Positions 23,224-34,077 of a DNA stretch of 48,808 nucleotides are shown piece after piece. Source of the DNA: Octopus bimaculoides (lineage: Eukaryota); the NCBI RefSeq assembly GCF_001194135.2, contig NC_068989.1, forward strand, positions 74,891,839-74,940,646, in the 5' to 3' direction. Position numbers and translations under genes: made by a program. Position 1 is the stretch's first letter. Each line of letters opens with the position of its first letter. The notes under the pieces were generated by a model. It was not told where the DNA came from. It made no database searches and saw only the letters and a program-made list of their open reading frames with translations.

Positions 23224-25191
23224 TGTTTTATTGAGCACATCTGCGACATACTAGCAATCGTCGCACCGCTCCTTCGTTGACACTCTCTTGGTGGTTCTTC
23301 CCATCCTAGTTTCACAGAAGATCTGTATTACTATCTATGTTTATCCCTTTCTTTCTCTCTTAATGACATTCTATCCATCCTGGTTTCGCTAAAACTCTAA
23401 CAATAACTGCAGATGCAAATCCTTCCAGAATCTAAATTCTTTGCCAACTCTGGGTATCAGGAACAACATGGGCTTCCATATAAATTAACTAATGTATTCT
23501 TCGGAAGGATATCGGTGTATTTCAAAATATTTACTATACACTGTATATATCCTCCTTGTGAACTCTCTCTTAGTGATAATGTTACTGTATTCTCTCTTTC
23601 ATTTCTCTCTCTGTCTCAGCCGTATTATTATTCTCTACTTTCTTCCGCAAAACAGTTGCAACATACTGACCACTTTGCTCCTTGTCACTTGTTTCCACTC
23701 TCTTGTCGCTCTCTCTGTCGTTATAACTCACTCTCCCTTCTCTCTCTCTCACACTCTTTCCCCCTCTCTTATAATGGCATTCTGCCCATCCTGCTTTAAG
23801 TTCACCTCTTGCTATAGGAGGTAACGGCGATTGTTCTTGCGACATCTGAACACATACTGACAAAATTCATTCTTCTACTTCGTTGCGCCTCTCTTCTTTT
23901 ATTTTCTCTCAGCCATATTATTTGTTCTTTGTTTTCTACCTTAACACGTCTAAAACATACTAATCTCCGTTGTGACTGTCTTTGATAATTTTGTCCTTCT
24001 CTCTATCTCTATCTTTTCCGCTCTCTCTCTTTTTTTTTTCTGCCTTCCTTAATAACATATTTCCATCATGGTTTCACTAAAAATCTAGCTAAACCTGTAG
24101 GTGAACGTTCTTGCCGCATCTACATTCCTCTGCCGTCTCTGGGGTATCAGCAACAGCAATATTGACTTCCATGCTAATTGACAAACGTCTTCTTCGTAAC
24201 GATATAACTGTTTTTCGAAACGGTTTCTATATTTCGGGCACTTCCGTCACATAATCCTCCCTCAGCGATAATGTTACTGTTTTTTGTCCTTTTCTTTTTG
24301 TCCTTTACGTGTCTCAGTCGTATTATTGTTCTCTGTTCTCTTCCTCAACACAGATGAGACAGTCTGACGACTTCAACCCACTCATTGGCCCTCTGTGGGT
24401 GATATCTCTGTCATTGTCACTCACCCTCTCTGTCCCTCTGCCTTTTCTTCTGTTTTAATCAAATTTATGTCCTCCTATTTTAACTCAAAATTTTGCAATA
24501 ACAGCAATATAGTTTTCCAATCAAATCAACAATTGTATTTCCCGTAAGGATATCATTGTTTTTCGAAACGTTTTTCTATATATTGGTAACTTCTTCCTCG
24601 TGACTCCTGTCTCACTTATAATCTTACTGTTTCCTCTCCTTTTCTTTCTCTGTCTATCTCTCTCTCTCTCTCTCTCTCTGTTTTTTCCTCAACACAGCTG
24701 CAGCACACTAAACGTTTTCATCCCAATAAAAGTTGCCCCTCTGTTGGTAATATCTTTGTCGTTCACACATTCTCTCTTTGTCGCTTTCACTTTTCACTCT
24801 TGATGACATTCTGCCCCTCCTCTTTTCATTAACAATCTAAATACAGCTGTCGACGGAAATCCTTCTGACTTCTGAATTCTCACACCGACTTTGGGCATCG
24901 GTAACAAAAGTATTTTCTTGCATGCAAATTAATATATATGTTCTCTGTAAAAACAACAATATTTCTTGAAATGTTTTCTAGGTATTGTAAATCTGTTCCA
25001 TGTCACCCCTCCCTCAATGGTAAACTTACTGTTTTCTTCTCCTTTCTTTCTTTTTTATTATTCTTAGAACGACTGAGATATCGACAAGAGAGTAGAAACG
25101 AATGACAACGAGCAAAGTGGTCAGTATCTCGAAGCCGTTTTTCGGAAGAAAGCACAGAAAAACAATAATATGGTTGAAACTGAGAGAGAAA

Positions 25192-26113
25192 GGATCTTTG
25201 TAGTTTTCGTTACTGTCTACAATTTTGTTCCAGGTGTTTTCTAATTTGGTATGTGGTTTAAGTTTTGTATACTAATTATGAAAGGGAAATTCATTTTTCC
25301 TATAATTCCATAATTAAAAAGTTATCAGCCTTTAAAGTTTTCAAAATTTTGGTATTTTAGCCAATCAGAAGCAAGTATTTTACACAACACTGTGGCGAAG
25401 AACTCTGTTTCCATAGCAACCAAAGATGCTGCGTATACGCACAATGAGTGTAACCACCGCGTGTTCTAAAATATGTTTTCATAACAGACAGAATTCCACT
25501 GTTCCATGATTGACTCATCTTTGTGAATTTATGTGACGAAGGAGATATGAGAAAGATAATTTATTTTATAAAATCCTAGAGTATATTGCAAACTTTCGTT
25601 CTTGAATTTTTTAACAAATAAATGTCTTTTTTAAGCAAGTTTTTGATTGCTATTTCTAGCAACTCCTGTGGATTTGTTTGTAGCTTTTAAATATTTAATT
25701 TGCTCCTGAATATTTTAATGTCTTTTACTGTTAACTTAGCTCGTGTATATTTTAATATTTTGATTGTTATTTCTACCAACATCTGCTGGTTTGTTCGGAG
25801 CTTTTAAATATTTAATTTGCTTGCGAATGTTTAACGTTTTTCATTGTTTACTGTAGCTACTTTAATGTTTCAACATGCCGGTGCACGCCTTGCCCTTGAT
25901 GTTAATAGAGGCAGCGAACGCGCTGTTTTCTGATTGGCTGAAAATTCTAAATATCATCAAGCTATGAACACCAAATTTTCGCAAATTTGTTTTTTTGTTT
26001 TTTTTAATAAATGGACAACAAATTTGGATTCAAAGTCAAAAGTGGCATCTATAGGATACATTAAAAATGTTTTGAAAAATTTTGACATGCAGTGACGAAA
26101 GCCACAAAGATCC
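25192..26113. mobile_element. Non-autonomous TIR element B (GGATCT termini, Merlin-like?)
   Basis: TIRs GGATCTTTGTAGTTTTCGTTACTG / GGATCTTTGTGGCTTTCGTCACTG. Flanks GAGAGAAA / GAGAGGAG (6/8). Symmetric subterminal AGCCAATCAGAA / TTCTGATTGGCT, and an internal ~117-bp tandem duplication. Confidence 0.75.
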
Positions 26114-27634
26114 GAGAGGAGAATACAGTAACATTATCACTAAGGATCACGAGGAAGATATATATATATACACTATAAAGTAAATATTTCGAAATACAGC
26201 GATATCCTTACGGAGAATACATTGGTTAATTTGCATGGATGCTCATACTACTATTCCTGATATCCAGATTTGGCATAAGAATTTAGATTCCTGAAGGATT
26301 TCTGCCTGCAGCTGTAGCTAGATTTTTAGTGAAACCAGGATGAGTAGAATGTCATTAAGAGAGAGAAAGATAAAGATATTACCGATAGAGAGTAATACAG
26401 ATTTTCAGTGAAACTAGGATGGGAAGAATGTTATTAAGAGAGGGAGGACAATACGGACATATCACCAAGAGGGTGTGAACGAAGGGGAGATACGAAGATA
26501 GCTAATATGTCGCAAATGTGTACACTAGTAACAAAGAACAATGATACGGTGGTGAGAGAAGGAGAAAAATGGTAGAGAAAACAGTGTAATGCTTATCGAG
26601 GATACATTCGTTAATTTGCATGCCATCACAGATAGACATACGACGATTGAGAATTGCAAAGTAGCAAGGATTTCCACATACGGTGGAAGTTACAGTTCTA
26701 CTTACACCAGGATGGGCCGAATAACATTAAGAATAGGGGAGAAAAACAGGAAGAGAAATGACAGAAATATCACCAACAGAGTGGCAACGAAACAGAGTAA
26801 CAAAGGTGGTCAGTATGTGGCAGTAGTGTTGAGGAAGGAAATAAATAACAGTAATAAAAAAGAATGAAAATGGGAGAAAACAGCAGCACTACCACTAATG
26901 GAGGGTTGATAGGGGACAAATTTACAATACCTAGATAATATTTCAAGAAACGTTGCTATTTTTACGGAGAACATATGTATTAATTTATATGCAAGGCAAT
27001 ATTTTTGTTACCGATGCCCAAAGTCTGTATGAGAATTCAGAAGTCAGAAGGATGTCTGCCAACAACTGTAGTTAGATTTTTAATGAGATGAGGAGGGGCA
27101 GAATGTTATTCAGAGAGAAAGGGAAAGAGACAAAGAGAGAGATATTACCAATAGAGGAGCAACTTCAAGTGGGGTGAAAGTGGTCAGTGTGTCGAGGAAA
27201 AAACAGAGAGAGATAGACAGAGAAAGATAGACAGAGAAAGAAAAGGAGAGAAAGCAGTAACGTTACCAGTGAGACAGGGGTCACGGGGAAGAAGTTAACA
27301 ATATATAGAGAGAATATATAGAGAGACAGAGAGAGAATATGTGACCGACAGAGATATTACCAATAGAGGAGCAACTTCTATTGGGATGAAAATGATCAGT
27401 ATGTCGTAGCTACGTTGAGGAAAAAAGACAGAGATAGGCAGAGAAAGAAAAAGAGAGGAAACTGACATTATCAGTGAGACAGAAATCACGAGGAAGAGGT
27501 TAACAAGAAATAGAAAAATGTTCCGAAAAGCAGTGAGATCTTTACGGAAAATACAATTGTTGATTTGAATAGAAATTTATATTGGACTAATTGCTAGATT
27601 TTAAGTTAAAACAAGACAGAATTTGATTAAAACA

Positions 27635-27691
<57 letters not shown>

Positions 27692-28254
27692 NNNNNNNNN
27701 NNNNNNNNNNNNNNNNNNNNNNNNNNNNNNNNNNNNNNNNNNNNNNNNNNNNNNNNNNNNNNNNNNNNNNNNNNNNNNNNNNNNNNNNNNNNNNNNNNNN
27801 NNNNNNNNNNNNNNNNNNNNNNNNNNNNNNNGACAGGCAGACAGACAGGCAGACAGACAGGCAGACAGACAGGCAGACAGACAGGCAGACAGACAGGCAG
27901 ACAGACAGGCAGACAGACAGGCAGGGTGAGTAACAATGACAAAGATATCACTCAGAGAGGGCCAACGAATGAAAGGGTCGAAAGTCGTCAGAATATATCA
28001 ACTGTATTGAGGAAGAGAACAGAGAATAATAATACGACTGAGAGAGATACAGAAAAAGAAAAAGAACATAAACAGTAGCATTATCGCAGAGAGGTGAGGA
28101 TCATATGGAAGAAGTTTGCAAAATATACAAACATTTGTTAATTAGAATGGAAGTCAATATTGATACTGATATTGCAGAGCCGGCATAGGAATTTAGATGC
28201 AGCAAGGAGTTTCACCTACAGGTTTAGCTAGATTTTTAGTGAAACCATGATGGC

Positions 28255-28648
28255 AGAATGTTATGGCTGTCACACAATTTCTGCGATCACATCGACCCTA
28301 ACATCAAGCCAGCTAACTCCTCAGACTGCAACTCTCTTTATTATTATTATTATGTGGGGGGGCGCAGTTGAGCGAGAGACCAACAAAACTTTTTGTAACA
28401 CCGATGATCTGAAGGCAAGGATTATGACAACATTCACCAACTTAAACAAGGAGACCGTCCAGAAGAGTTGCAGAAGATTCCCAAATCGCCTGGAGGCCGT
28501 GGTTGAAGCCAATTGCGATTTTATTGAATAGATTTACTGTTTAGTATTCCAAGATACTTTATGTAATTTTGGTAAATATATATCTTAAAATGAGATGTCA
28601 GTTTCATTTTCAATTTTGCATAATTTAGACGACAGTTTATTCACCGCA
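28255..28648 (+). mobile_element. 3' remnant of a maT/DD37D-like transposon
   Basis: WGGAVERETNKTFCNTDDLKARI..CRRFPNRLEAVVEANCDFIE* is a typical Tc1/mariner C-terminus. It ends TTCACCGCA at a 10-N gap. Confidence 0.75.
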
Positions 28649-28679
28649 NNNNNNNNNNAACTTAGATTGGTTTCCGCCA

Positions 28680-29775
28680 TTATCGGCCCAGACCGTGACT
28701 AACTCAATAGCACCACCTGGAAAAGTATTTTAGTTAATTATTTCAGGACACCATGGACTCGAGCAGAGAGTTGTTGGTTGAGATGTAACTAGATGTAAGT
28801 GGTTTATCCGGTATTTTCTGCAGGAATTTGTTCAGGTACCGTTTGAAAGTTGTGGGGTCTTCTACTTTAATTTCTTTTAGGATAACATTGAAAAGAGCTG
28901 GACTATTTGTAATGAAGAAATTGTGTCGCAATGTTCTTATGTGATGTGATCTCGACCTTTGTAGGGAACACATTGCACGGAGGCCTAGTCTTGGGTGAAC
29001 TGTAAACATAATTCCAATATCATTTGGATAATACTGGTGAAATATTTTCCACATGGTGCGAATAATGTATCACGGCGGCGCAGAGAATAGAGCTTCAGCT
29101 GATTAAGTCGAGCTCAATAATCAAGTCCCATCATGCCATTTATGTATTTTTTGTGTGTGATTGATCTTTGTGGCGCTTCGATCCTCATTATGTCTTGTTT
29201 TTTGTAGGGGGACCACAATAGACAGCAGTATTCGAAGTGGGGTTCTAGCGAATGTGGAGAAGAGAAGGCTGATGGCTTCATGATCGCTATATTGGAAAGT
29301 TCAGAGGATCCATGAGCATCTTCTGCGGGCAACATCGACCTTCTTGCTGATGTTCACACTCCAACTAATGTTGCTGTCAACAGTTACACCTAAGTCTCTG
29401 ATATTATCCGACGGTTCAAGTAGGTCTCCCGACGGTAGTGGATATGGTTGTTTGAGTGTACCCTCTCTTCCAAAGTGGATGAGCTCAAATTTTTCTTCGT
29501 TCAACCGGATATTGTTTTTTGTTTTTTTTGTTTTTTGTGCCCACTGGGTTACTGGGCATAGGTCCAATTGAAGCATTGTTCAATCATATGCTCCCTTAAT
29601 GACTTTCTGGAGTTTAGAGTCATCTGCAAATATTTTTAGGATGCTATGTTCAATGGAATCTGCAATGTCATTGATACAATGTAAAGAAGTGGACCCAGCA
29701 CAGTACCCTGTGGGACTCCGCTGATGTCTTTTGCTGGTCTTGAGTGGATGCCATCAACCACAATATATTGGGTCA
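28680..29775 (-). mobile_element. CR1-like LINE, 3' half (RT C-terminal region), decayed
   Basis: SGVPQGTVLGP, FADDSKL, RDLGVTVDSN, PHFEYCCLLWSPY, FKRYLNKFLQKIPDKP..NSLL, spread over several frames. Confidence 0.85.
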
Positions 29776-29899
29776 GTACAGACATAGGATACGTAAGTAA
29801 AAAAGCTCATCATTAATGACACGATATTATGATCCACTGAATCTCGTTATTATGCAGTGTATTAGCCAACAAGAACAGATTATTATATGGTATCCCCAG

Positions 29900-30132
29900 A
29901 GGGTGGTGAGCTGGCAGAATCGTTAGCATGCCGGGCGAAATGCTTAGCAGTATTTCGTCTGCCGTTATGTTCTGAGTTCAAATTCCGCCGAGGTCGACTT
30001 TGCCTTTCATCCTTTCGGGGTCGATTAAGTACCTGTTATGCACTGGGATCGATGTCATCGACTTAATCTCTTTGTCTGTCCTTGTTTGTCCCGTCTATGT
30101 TTGGTCCCCTATGGGCAATAAAGAAATATATG
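29900..30132 (+). mobile_element. SINE (833-type family) with TSD
   Basis: 12-bp TSD TGGTATCCCCAG at 29888-29899 and 30133-30144. Confidence 0.88.
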
Positions 30133-30738
30133 TGGTATCCCCAGTGACTTAACGCATTTATCTAAGTAAGTATTATGACAATTCAAAATAAAGTTTAAAA
30201 TTAATTGATTTTGCTCTTGTCGAAACAATCTATTTTCTCATGCAAAAAGTTTATATAAGTTACCAGAAGACCAAAAGACTTGTTGAGAATATCATAAAAT
30301 TAACGAAATGTTGTCTGCATTCTTTTTAACACCATCAGATCTCTCCGTAGATAATGTGCTATGGACAGGAAGATAAATGCACAGCAACATCTTGTTTGCT
30401 GGACAAATAAGAGCTGATTAGCAGAGAAATTGTTGGATAATTAAAAGCGATAAATAATAATAATTAATAGAGTTGGGATACAAATGTGATACACGAATAA
30501 TAGTCTCTTATCACGCACAACTGTCTCTCTACGAATCCCGTCACATGTGACGCAATAAATGTTTTTCAAAGCGTTTTCCAAAAGGCATTTTATTTCATAA
30601 TTATTCAATATGTGTGTACATTTGTGGGGAGGAAGAGATTATATAAGATAGAAAGAGAATGAGATTATATAAATTAGGAAACTTAACTCCATGCCAATTG
30701 CTAGATTAGCAAATTTTGCATGAATCTTTCAAATCGTT

Positions 30739-31292
30739 TGACCGAAATAAGAGACAACGAAAGACGAGCGAGCTCGAATTTCATAAAAGCAACCCGCATA
30801 TTCATAAAATGTTAGGTCAACAGAAAATAAATGAGCGTCTCATAAAAAGAATACAATAAAGTTACAAAGTATATGGAGTTTGCAGCAAAAAGTGAGTCCG
30901 TTCAACAGTTGACGTGGACAAGAAAATTTTAATATATTGAAGAGCAGGAGAACTGGCCTGAAAGAGATAGACACATGATTTTTACACTTGTAAGATGTTT
31001 ATCTTACATGAATGTCAATAGATTCCAGAAAATATGACTTTTCTTTTGTTTTTTCGAATCGGCATCCGAGGATTTTCATTTCGAACTGTTCTTAATTATA
31101 CTTCGTAACTTCAGCTGATTCACAGTCACGAAGATCTATGGTGAAAGGCATTTCAGTTACGACTAACCTGTCATATATTTAGATTTAATATATAACTTAT
31201 TATCCATCATTTCAATCTTCTTTCTCCTGGCGATATTGAGTATGACCGAAATAAGAGACAACGAAAGACGAGCGAGCTCGAATTTCATAAAA
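30739..31292 (+). repeat. Perfect 50-bp direct repeat (30739-30788 and 31243-31292)
   Basis: TGACCGAAATAAGAGACAACGAAAGACGAGCGAGCTCGAATTTCATAAAA occurs twice, 504 bp apart. Confidence 0.9.
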
Positions 31293-31325
31293 TTCATACA
31301 AATTTTGCGTAACAAAACTGCGGAG

Positions 31326-33322
31326 TTAATTAACAGACCCTTTGGTAGGTATATCCGTTCGTGTTGTTTTACGAGTAGAAGTTACATCAACAGATTTTTT
31401 TGAGGACGGTTTTATAATTATTTCAAAATTCTTGAGAATATTGCGACGGACAGTCTTTGTTGATAGAAATGATACGCAAATAAATAATCCAACGAATGAG
31501 TTTAAAATACAAAATAATAGAGAAAATTCTTCAATTCTTGTAAACGTATACAGAAATGCAAATGTCCACGTTAATCCCATGATAAAGAATAGTTTTACAC
31601 AAATGATGAACTCCATTTCATTATGTTTTGGTAAATATTTCGAAGAAAGTTTACTTGCCAAATAGAGCCCTCTAGCGGTGAGTGTAAACGCTATGATATT
31701 AAGACATAAAATAATCATTACAGGGATTACAAAAAACCATAGCCGACTTTTTCCATTTTCAGTCCAGCAAATACCATTTCCATATTCCGGAGAAAGTCCG
31801 TGATTTCCAGGAATATACTCAAATATCAGTGACACTGTTACTATTACAAGTGGACAGATCCAAGCATATAAGGAATACAATACAAATCTCTTGGTAACTT
31901 TCCCTTTACTTCGAAGTTGTGTGAATCCTGAGAAAGTGTGCCAGGCATCAAATGAGATGACATTCATCCAGAAGAAACTCGCTAGAAAGGAATAATGCAT
32001 GACAACAGCTAAAGATTTACACAGCAGTAGAGATGTAGTGATTTGTGATGAGATAAGAAAGAGAAGCTCAGCTACAAACAATGCTGATAAAAGACTAATG
32101 AGTAATTTACCTGGTAATGTACGGAGATCAGGTATACAGAGATAAACTATAATAGTGATTACCTGAGCCGGAATAGAGATCACTAGTCCCACTAATGTGA
32201 TATAACTCTCAGCTACGGAATATTTTGATATTCCATTGATATTTGATATATTATTCGTACCATTGTTTACACAGATACTTATTATACCTTGAGAATCACG
32301 AGTGAATTCTGATTGGTTCAGCAAACGTTGGGTATTATTTAAGTAGAGAAGACCATCATTAGTGACGTAATACTCGGATTCATTTAATTTTGTTGCCATA
32401 CATTTTAGCGGTGGATGGTAGATAACTTGTCGACATTTCTCAATTCTCAAATCGTAGATAGCGTATTTTGGACAGGAAGGCGACTGAACATATCTATTTT
32501 CCGTGTTGTCTAATTTATTTGTTACCTTTAGAGTATTGGTATGATAATCAAAAAGTATCGTTAGAGCAAAAGGTCGCATACTGCCAGCTATTTCACTATA
32601 AATCACATTACACGTATCACTGGAAAACCCGTTGCATGTAGCACAACCTTTGTTTTTGTAAACTTTATGAAATTTAAGATCGCCATCTACATAGTATGGT
32701 TCTGTCTCTACATATATCAATGCCATTGGATCAGACTCACATGCCATTATTTGTTCCTTATTATTGTTATCTTGAGGACAATTCGAAATATAAGGAGTAC
32801 AACGATGCAAATATNNNNNNNNNNNNNNNNNNNNNNNNNNNNNNNNNNNNNNNNNNNNNNNNNNNNNNNNNNNNNNNNNNNNNNNNNNNNNNNNNNNNNN
32901 NNNNNNNNNNNNNNNNNNNNNNNNNNNNNNNNNNNNNNNNNNNNNNNNNNNNNNNNNNNNNNNNNNNNNNNNNNNNNNNNNNNNNNNNNNNNNNNNNNNN
33001 NNNNNNNNNNNNNNNNNNNNNNNNNNNNNNNNNNNNNNNNNNNNNNATCATGGTTATATGGACAACGGTCAAACTGATAACAATAGTGATAACCAGCTTT
33101 TCGGCAATTCATAGTCGGGTAGTTTGTGATAGAAGTGGTCTTATTAATAATGTCAGAACAGCATCCATTGTAGAGGTAGCAGTTTGGTTGACACGAACAA
33201 CGTTTCGGTACGCCATCTGTGCGAGGATCAGAACACAAAGCTGGGCTACAGTTGTTGAAGTATCCTGCATGTGTTACAATATTTGAGAACAATAGAACGC
33301 AAACTAAAAACAATGTTTCCAT
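31326..33322 (-). CDS. Class-B/Methuselah-like 7TM receptor with SMB-like ectodomain, paralog 2 (gap at 32815-33046)
   Basis: ATG at 33322 gives METLFLVCVLLFSNIVTHA and CSCQPNCYLYNGCCSD. After the gap the frame resumes YLHRCTPYISNCP (paralog 1: YLYSCIPFISSCP). The aligned span in paralog 1 is 254 nt versus 232 N, and 254 nt would restore frame. Intactness inside the gap is unverified. Confidence 0.85.
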
Positions 33323-33724
33323 TTTAAAAGATGTAAATAATGCATGAATTAACCTTTCAAATCCTGATGATACTTTGATATTTTGCTTCACTACCGTAAA
33401 TTTAAAATGTCTGACGTACTTTCGAAATTTAGCAATGTCTCCAAGAGATACAATGATTATTACCTTCACAATATTTTCATTCCGAAACGGAGTAATGAAA
33501 TTAGTTTCAGTAGATTTAGATTCTTGGATTTTATTGGTATTAAATGTTGAATGTTCTCGACTCGGCTACTTGGCGTCACATATATGTACGTATGAAAATA
33601 TATACATGCGAAGATAGTAGAGGCATCTGCAAAAGAACAAATATTTCATTACACATACTATTATTGTAAACATTGGCACACATACATGCACACACATATA
33701 CACGCAAAAGCACACACGCATGTA

Positions 33725-33769
<45 letters not shown>

Positions 33770-33834
33770 TCAATTTTTAATAGTGCGGTGTAGCAAGTGA
33801 GGTTGCCTTGCTGCAATAGTAAAATATCTACAAT

Positions 33835-34073
33835 TTTCAGTGTTTAGTTTCAAATTGATTTCAAATTCTGGTACAAGGCCAGCAAGTCTGAGAGCAGTGG
33901 ACTAGTCAATTACATGGACCCCAGTGCTCAACTTGTAATCATTTTATCGACCCTCAAAAGAACGGAAAGCAAAGACAACTTTGGCAGAATTTGAATTCAG
34001 AACGTAAAGACGGACAAAATACCGCTACGCAGTTTGTCCGGCTGTACTAACGATTCAGTCAGCTCGCAGCCAT
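33835..34073 (-). mobile_element. SINE paralogous to 15935-16150
   Basis: Shared body and shared left flank (TACCTCCAATTTTCAGTGTTTAG / TATCTACAATTTTCAGTGTTTAG), so the insertion predates the duplication. Confidence 0.8.
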
Positions 34074-34077
34074 TCAG

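Larger units (their letters stand above)
18010..28250 (+). repeat. Satellite array 2 with ~2.2-kb higher-order repeat, inverted block and nested insertions
   Basis: Diagnostic motifs recur: CCTGATATCCAG (~18180, 20401, 26256), CTACTTACACCAG (~18542, 20806, 26698), GATGCCCAAAGTC (~21120, 27013). The block 23224-25065 is in reverse orientation. Confidence 0.9.

Noticed and set aside
31-28250. Satellite as a CRISPR-like array or a tandem exon/coding array (recurrent MQINQCILRKDITVF.. ORFs)
   Set aside because: Similarity covers the whole monomer with no unique spacers. The ORFs are short, with stops and frameshifts at variable places and no consistent splice signals.
3780-29775. Idea that the CR1 5' piece (3.8-6.2 kb) and the CR1 3' piece (28.7-29.8 kb) are two halves of one ancestral insertion
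   Set aside because: They overlap just before the GVPQG motif and differ there (SVAENGVTREPVV vs IVVDGIHSRPAKD), so they look like different subfamilies.
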